The notes below the pieces were generated by a model. That model worked only from the letters and a program-made list of their open reading frames with translations. It did not search any database and was not told where the DNA came from. DNA of 63,371 nt, the filler included, from Globobulimina sp. (lineage: Eukaryota), in assembly GCA_003354225.1 (NCBI GenBank). It is 30 parts of 30 records of this genome, joined end to end, with 100 filler letters (N's around TTAATTAATTAA, not from the genome) between each part and the next. Parts side by side here need not be neighbours in the genome. Positions count along the whole stretch, not along the records: positions 59,244 to 61,257 come from PIVH01009748.1; positions 61,358 to 63,371 come from PIVH01009749.1; 28 more parts are not named here. One strand, given 5' to 3'. Shown one piece after another: positions 59,244-63,371 of this stretch. The translations under genes and the position numbers were made by a program. Each line of letters opens with the position of its first letter. Positions within the stretch are counted from its first letter, which is position 1.

Positions 59244-60128
59244 TAAACTCGCCAATACGCTCAATATTATTAAACTGAAATTTGCTCCACTTTCCCTAAG
59301 AAGCGGATCATTTTGGGATCTCAACACGAATACGGATTGCAGGATGATTTGGGGCATACTCTCGGTCATAGCTTCCAGGAATTGTATACCCATCTGAGTG
59401 TTGTGAGATATATGTATATTTATTTCATAAAATATGAACTTAGTACCTGTGTCTCTGCAGGTTCAATCTCTCCCATTTCTTGCAAATCATCTTGAATTAT
59501 CTGTGCTTGCTTGTCACTGCCTGTCAATGGTCCAATGGATTCGCTTAATTGTTGTTGCATTGCCAGCCCACTCGTCCTTCTTTTTTCTGCATTGTTGGAG
59601 ATAATACCTTGTGCCGCATTGAAGGACTCATAAAACACCACAAAAATATACAAATCAAACAACACCAAAACAACATGATACCACTCACTATCACCAGCTG
59701 TAAGCCAGTCAAACAATGCATATACTAATAATATAACCCTATAAAGGAGAAGGAACGCAATGCCGCACCAAAAGAATGTCGCCATATCGATCGACTCAAA
59801 GTTCATTGATTGCTCTTGTTTCATCAATTCAGCCCAATTATAAAGGACTCCAATGTCCGTAGCCGTATCCTTTCGATGTTTAATATGTGATATGGAAAAT
59901 TGCAGATATATCATAACAGAGAACATACATAATTAAAAAATGGATAAGAAGAGGAATAAATATCTTCCTCTGATTCCATAGGTCTTTGAGAAAGGATTTT
60001 GATTTCAATTTATTGTGACTGCCTGCTTTGTAAACATAGATTGCTAAAACATGCAGAAATACGACATTGGTGGAAAAATAAGTGATGGCGACAATGGACG
60101 AGTATTGTAGTCCCATGACTGACTCCAA
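59244..60128 (-). CDS. XK-related (Xkr scramblase-like) membrane protein, multi-exon, partial
   Basis: DTATDIGV; LEAMTESMPQIILQ matches the XK-family ExxPQxxLQ motif. Confidence 0.7.
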
Positions 60129-60313
60129 GGGTTTTCACTTTAATAATCTGAAACAGGAATATCAAGAAAAATATATATATAGTAAAATCCATGAAAAATG
60201 CGAACAAACCATGACAACGAGTACACACCAACATTGTTAAATAGGTATAACATTGTTAAACTATGAATTACAATCACAAAAAGAGAAACAACTTCAACTG
60301 AATTCTATACAAC

Positions 60314-61257
60314 CTACACACTATATTTCTGATTATTATTATTATTATTATTATTATTGCCTGGCTGCATGTTCCTATCTTGATATTGCTGTTGCTGTTG
60401 CTGCATTGCTTGAGAATAAGTCTGCGGATTAAATGCCGGTATGCGTTGCTGTTGTGTCTTATAATTAGAACATGGATTTAATGCAATACACGGAGTTGAC
60501 ACAGATTTTTGATGCAACGTTCCCGTTTTACGTTTATTATCCTTATAATAATTAATAACTTCTGCCAATCCCTCATATTCGCACCACATATTTTCATAAA
60601 GCATGCACTTTTTATGTTCCTTATGGTCCATTCTCGTCGGTCTCATAAACACACAATATCGCAATCGCAGATCCTCCGCATAATTCGGAGCCATTCGGTG
60701 TGCTAAGAATGGATGACATAAAATAATATCACCCGCCGACGCCTTCATTTGTTTAGCATTTATTTGTGACGAATCAAAGGAATATCTCCTGGCAAAATCA
60801 TTTTCTTTCTCCAGAAATGGTTCAATTCCATTCGATAACAGTTGTTTAATACTAAAATGTGAGCGTGGATATGCACTGAAATTGCCGCAAAATTCCTTAT
60901 CAAAGTCACTCAAAACAATTCCAGCCAAAAGAGAAAAGTCTGCAATGTCCGTTGCATTCCGCAATAACATCCCGTCAATATGCCAGCTCTTCCCATCCAA
61001 TGCTAACTTATTTGTACCCATTGCAATGGGATAACGTAATGAGATTTGTGCGCTCGATACAAATGTCTGAGCAGTTTGTCCTAATAACGATTGTACCATT
61101 GAATAAAAATTGGATTGCAAATACAAATTAAAAATCACTCTTTCTCTGCACGACCATACGCCAAATGGACCGAAGGTATTTAAGTGTTCATTGCGCGAAA
61201 TCGCATCAGCTATAAATTGTATTGCTGGGGCAGTCACATTCGGAGATATCGCGTTTT
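60314..61257 (-). CDS. Phytanoyl-CoA dioxygenase-like Fe(II)/2OG oxygenase (5' partial), polyQ/polyN tail
   Basis: WHIDG (HxD) and AGDIILCHPFLAHRMAPN...R. Confidence 0.8.
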
Positions 61258-61357
61258 NNNNNNNNNNNNNNNNNNNNNNNNNNNNNNNNNNNNNNNNNNN
61301 NTTAATTAATTAANNNNNNNNNNNNNNNNNNNNNNNNNNNNNNNNNNNNNNNNNNNN

Positions 61358-63148
61358 AGCATAATCTTTGTATCTTCGCGCAAAGAATGTCGGCGATTGG
61401 CCTCTGATCTGATCGCATTATCCGCAAAATCGAAAAGAAATACTTTTTTGAATTTGCCATTGGAGAATTTCTTACTTTATCTGAATAAATGCAAAAATAT
61501 ACGCAAAGAAAGCGGATTATACAAATGTCTTTGTTATGGCATTGGATTCATTCATAAATATACCGATCATAAAACTCGATCCGATATTTGTAAGTTTTAT
61601 AAAACTTCGGCGATTTCAATATTAATTTGCCAAACTTCGCAGTGTTACAATTTGGAATTATTTGACTTGAAAATCAGCACAAAAAGAATCACTTCGTCGG
61701 TGATATTATTTGGCAGCAAATATTATGATTTTTTATCGCATTGCTATGCAAACTACGAATTGTGTGATATGAACGAAATGATGTCTTTTTGCAATGGCGC
61801 TGAAAATAACAACATCTTAATTTTATGTCATAGCAATTTAGAATCGTATTATGCGAAATTTTTAGTGTCAGATTGTTATCCAATCGAGTCACATTTGGAT
61901 TGTTTGAATAATTTGGAAGATTGCCTGAATGCGGAGATTATTTCAAGGACCGTATCCACGGCGGACGAGGCCATTGATTTTATGACGTGGACTTTTTATT
62001 ATTTTCGGTTGACACAAAACCCAAATTACTATAATTTGCGCGCCATTTCCGATGTTGATTTATCGCAGCATTTATCCCAATTAATCGAGCAGTCTTTTCA
62101 TAGATTGTATAATGCAAATTGTATTTCGGTGGACGAAAACATGGACGTTTCGCCGTTGAACAATGGCTTAATCGCTTCTTATTATTACATTACATATACA
62201 ACGATTGAGTTTTTTTATCACTCTTTGAGGAAACTAAAAAGTTCAAATTTCAAATTGAAAAATATTTTATCCATTTTGTGTTTTGCGACGGAATACGAAA
62301 ATAATATTTGTTTGCGAAAAAATGAAGAAAACACTATCAAGAAATTAAGCAAACATTTACCGATTGCAATCAATACAAATTCATCGATATCGGAAACAAA
62401 TATATCTGTATCATCCAAAGTGAATGTTTTGTTACAAACACATTTCATGCGATTACAATTAAAGTCTGACGACATTTTGGCAGATCGAAATGTGATATTA
62501 TCCCATTTGGAGTCGTTGCTATATTCAATGATTGACATTCTATCCACTTTGCAGATACTATCCGCTGTGTTGATTGCCATTGAATTGTCCCAAATTTCTG
62601 TCCAATCCATGTGGCTCAACGACAATTATTTACTTCAATTACCATATGTTAACAAAGAAAAAGCAAAGATTTTGTCAGACAAATACAATATAAATAATAT
62701 CTATGATTTGTTGGAAATCGATGACGAAAATATTCGATTAAAAGCATTCAATGAGATCGACATTAATGATACAAACAAATTGAATGAGATCGCAAATTTT
62801 TGTAATAATTATCCCGATTTGGAGCTGAATTTTGAAATTGTTTCTCAAAGCAATGAAGAAATAACATTGTTGGTTGAAATTGAAAGTGAAGATATCGATG
62901 AAACTATTTTATATCCAAAAGTTGTAAATGCGCAAAGATATCCATTCAAGAAATATGAGACTTGGTTTTTAATCGTTGGCCATCCACAAACAAATAAATT
63001 GATGTTTATTAAAAGATTTACAATGAAACGGAAAATACAAACATTTAACGTCACCTTTAAAACAGAGACAACACAAAAAGAAAAATACAAATTGTATTTA
63101 ATGAGTGATTCATATTTAGGCTGTGATCAATATTTAGATATTCATTGA
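61358..63148 (+). CDS. SNRNP200: U5 snRNP helicase Brr2, C-terminal cassette plus Sec63 domain (5' partial)
   Basis: PIESHLD, LNAEI...DFMTWTFYYFRLTQNPNYY, LIASYYYI, KVNVLLQTH, LYLMSDSYLGCDQ. Confidence 0.92.
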   Translation, partial: SIIFVSSRKECRRLASDLIALSAKSKRNTFLNLPLENFLLYLNKCKNIRKESGLYKCLCYGIGFIHKYTDHKTRSDICKFYKTSAISILICQTSQCYNLELFDLKISTKRITSSVILFGSKYYDFLSHCYANYELCDMNEMMSFCNGAENNNILILCHSNLESYYAKFLVSDCYPIESHLDCLNNLEDCLNAEIISRTVSTADEAIDFMTWTFYYFRLTQNPNYYNLRAISDVDLSQHLSQLIEQSFHRLYNANCISVDENMDVSPLNNGLIASYYYITYTTIEFFYHSLRKLKSSNFKLKNILSILCFATEYENNICLRKNEENTIKKLSKHLPIAINTNSSISETNISVSSKVNVLLQTHFMRLQLKSDDILADRNVILSHLESLLYSMIDILSTLQILSAVLIAIELSQISVQSMWLNDNYLLQLPYVNKEKAKILSDKYNINNIYDLLEIDDENIRLKAFNEIDINDTNKLNEIANFCNNYPDLELNFEIVSQSNEEITLLVEIESEDIDETILYPKVVNAQRYPFKKYETWFLIVGHPQTNKLMFIKRFTMKRKIQTFNVTFKTETTQKEKYKLYLMSDSYLGCDQYLDIH

Positions 63149-63371
63149 CATTTATAATTAATAATTCAAATATTGTTGCAATTGGTAACTTCTTCGATCT
63201 TCCTCTGTGACACCATCCTTTCAGACACCATACATAACTGAATTAAGAGCTTAACTCCGGTAAAATTTGACTTTGTATAATATCACCCATTCAGCTCTTG
63301 GATGAAATAATTGTGGATTGATAGGGAATGCAAAGAATGTAAATATCTTGATTTTTGAAAAAGCTTCTTGA

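Noticed and set aside
2018-61357. Regularly spaced TTAATTAATTAA repeat as a CRISPR array or biological repeat
   Set aside because: Always embedded in 44+44 Ns at contig joins; a synthetic six-frame-stop spacer
1-63371. Gene neighbourhoods across the window as an operon, cluster or defence system (e.g. SF3B3 with Brr2)
   Set aside because: Contigs are ordered by length only, so cross-spacer adjacency carries no information
1-63371. Alternative genetic code or stop-codon readthrough explaining split ORFs
   Set aside because: Conserved genes have long stop-free frames, all three stops end genes, and splits resolve as GT-AG introns or single frameshifts

Overview
This is not one locus. It is 30 unrelated contigs of 2,017 down to 2,014 bp, sorted by length and joined by an artificial 100-bp spacer (44 N + TTAATTAATTAA + 44 N), so only adjacency within a contig means anything. 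The DNA is mostly AT-rich, gene-dense, eukaryotic and in the standard genetic code, with short spliceosomal introns of about 53-125 bp. The gene repertoire (kelch and Agenet-like proteins, 7TM proteins, expanded orphan families) suggests a foraminiferan or other rhizarian single-cell or metagenomic assembly; this taxonomy is inference. Recognisable genes include PIP5K, a SPOC protein, MFS transporters, BHMT, SF3B3, a PPR protein, a calmodulin-like protein, DIS3L2, a GT8 glycosyltransferase, a ferlin C2 domain, a paladin-like phosphatase, a P450, an XK-like protein, a PhyH-like dioxygenase and Brr2/SNRNP200. The most interesting observations are: an orphan nuclear protein starting with a histone H3-tail mimic; an ART-fold (ADP-ribosyltransferase-like) family with two members here; a frameshifted DD39E Tc1-superfamily transposase; a 577-bp long-TIR element abutting a GT8 start codon; a secreted bacterial-type M23 peptidase; a bacterial gene fragment fused to an intron-containing gene; a tRNA-3'-end/PBS-like motif; and an unusual GT(T/C)T-dominated 5' splice-site consensus. 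All family calls come from motif recognition by eye; no database searches were run.
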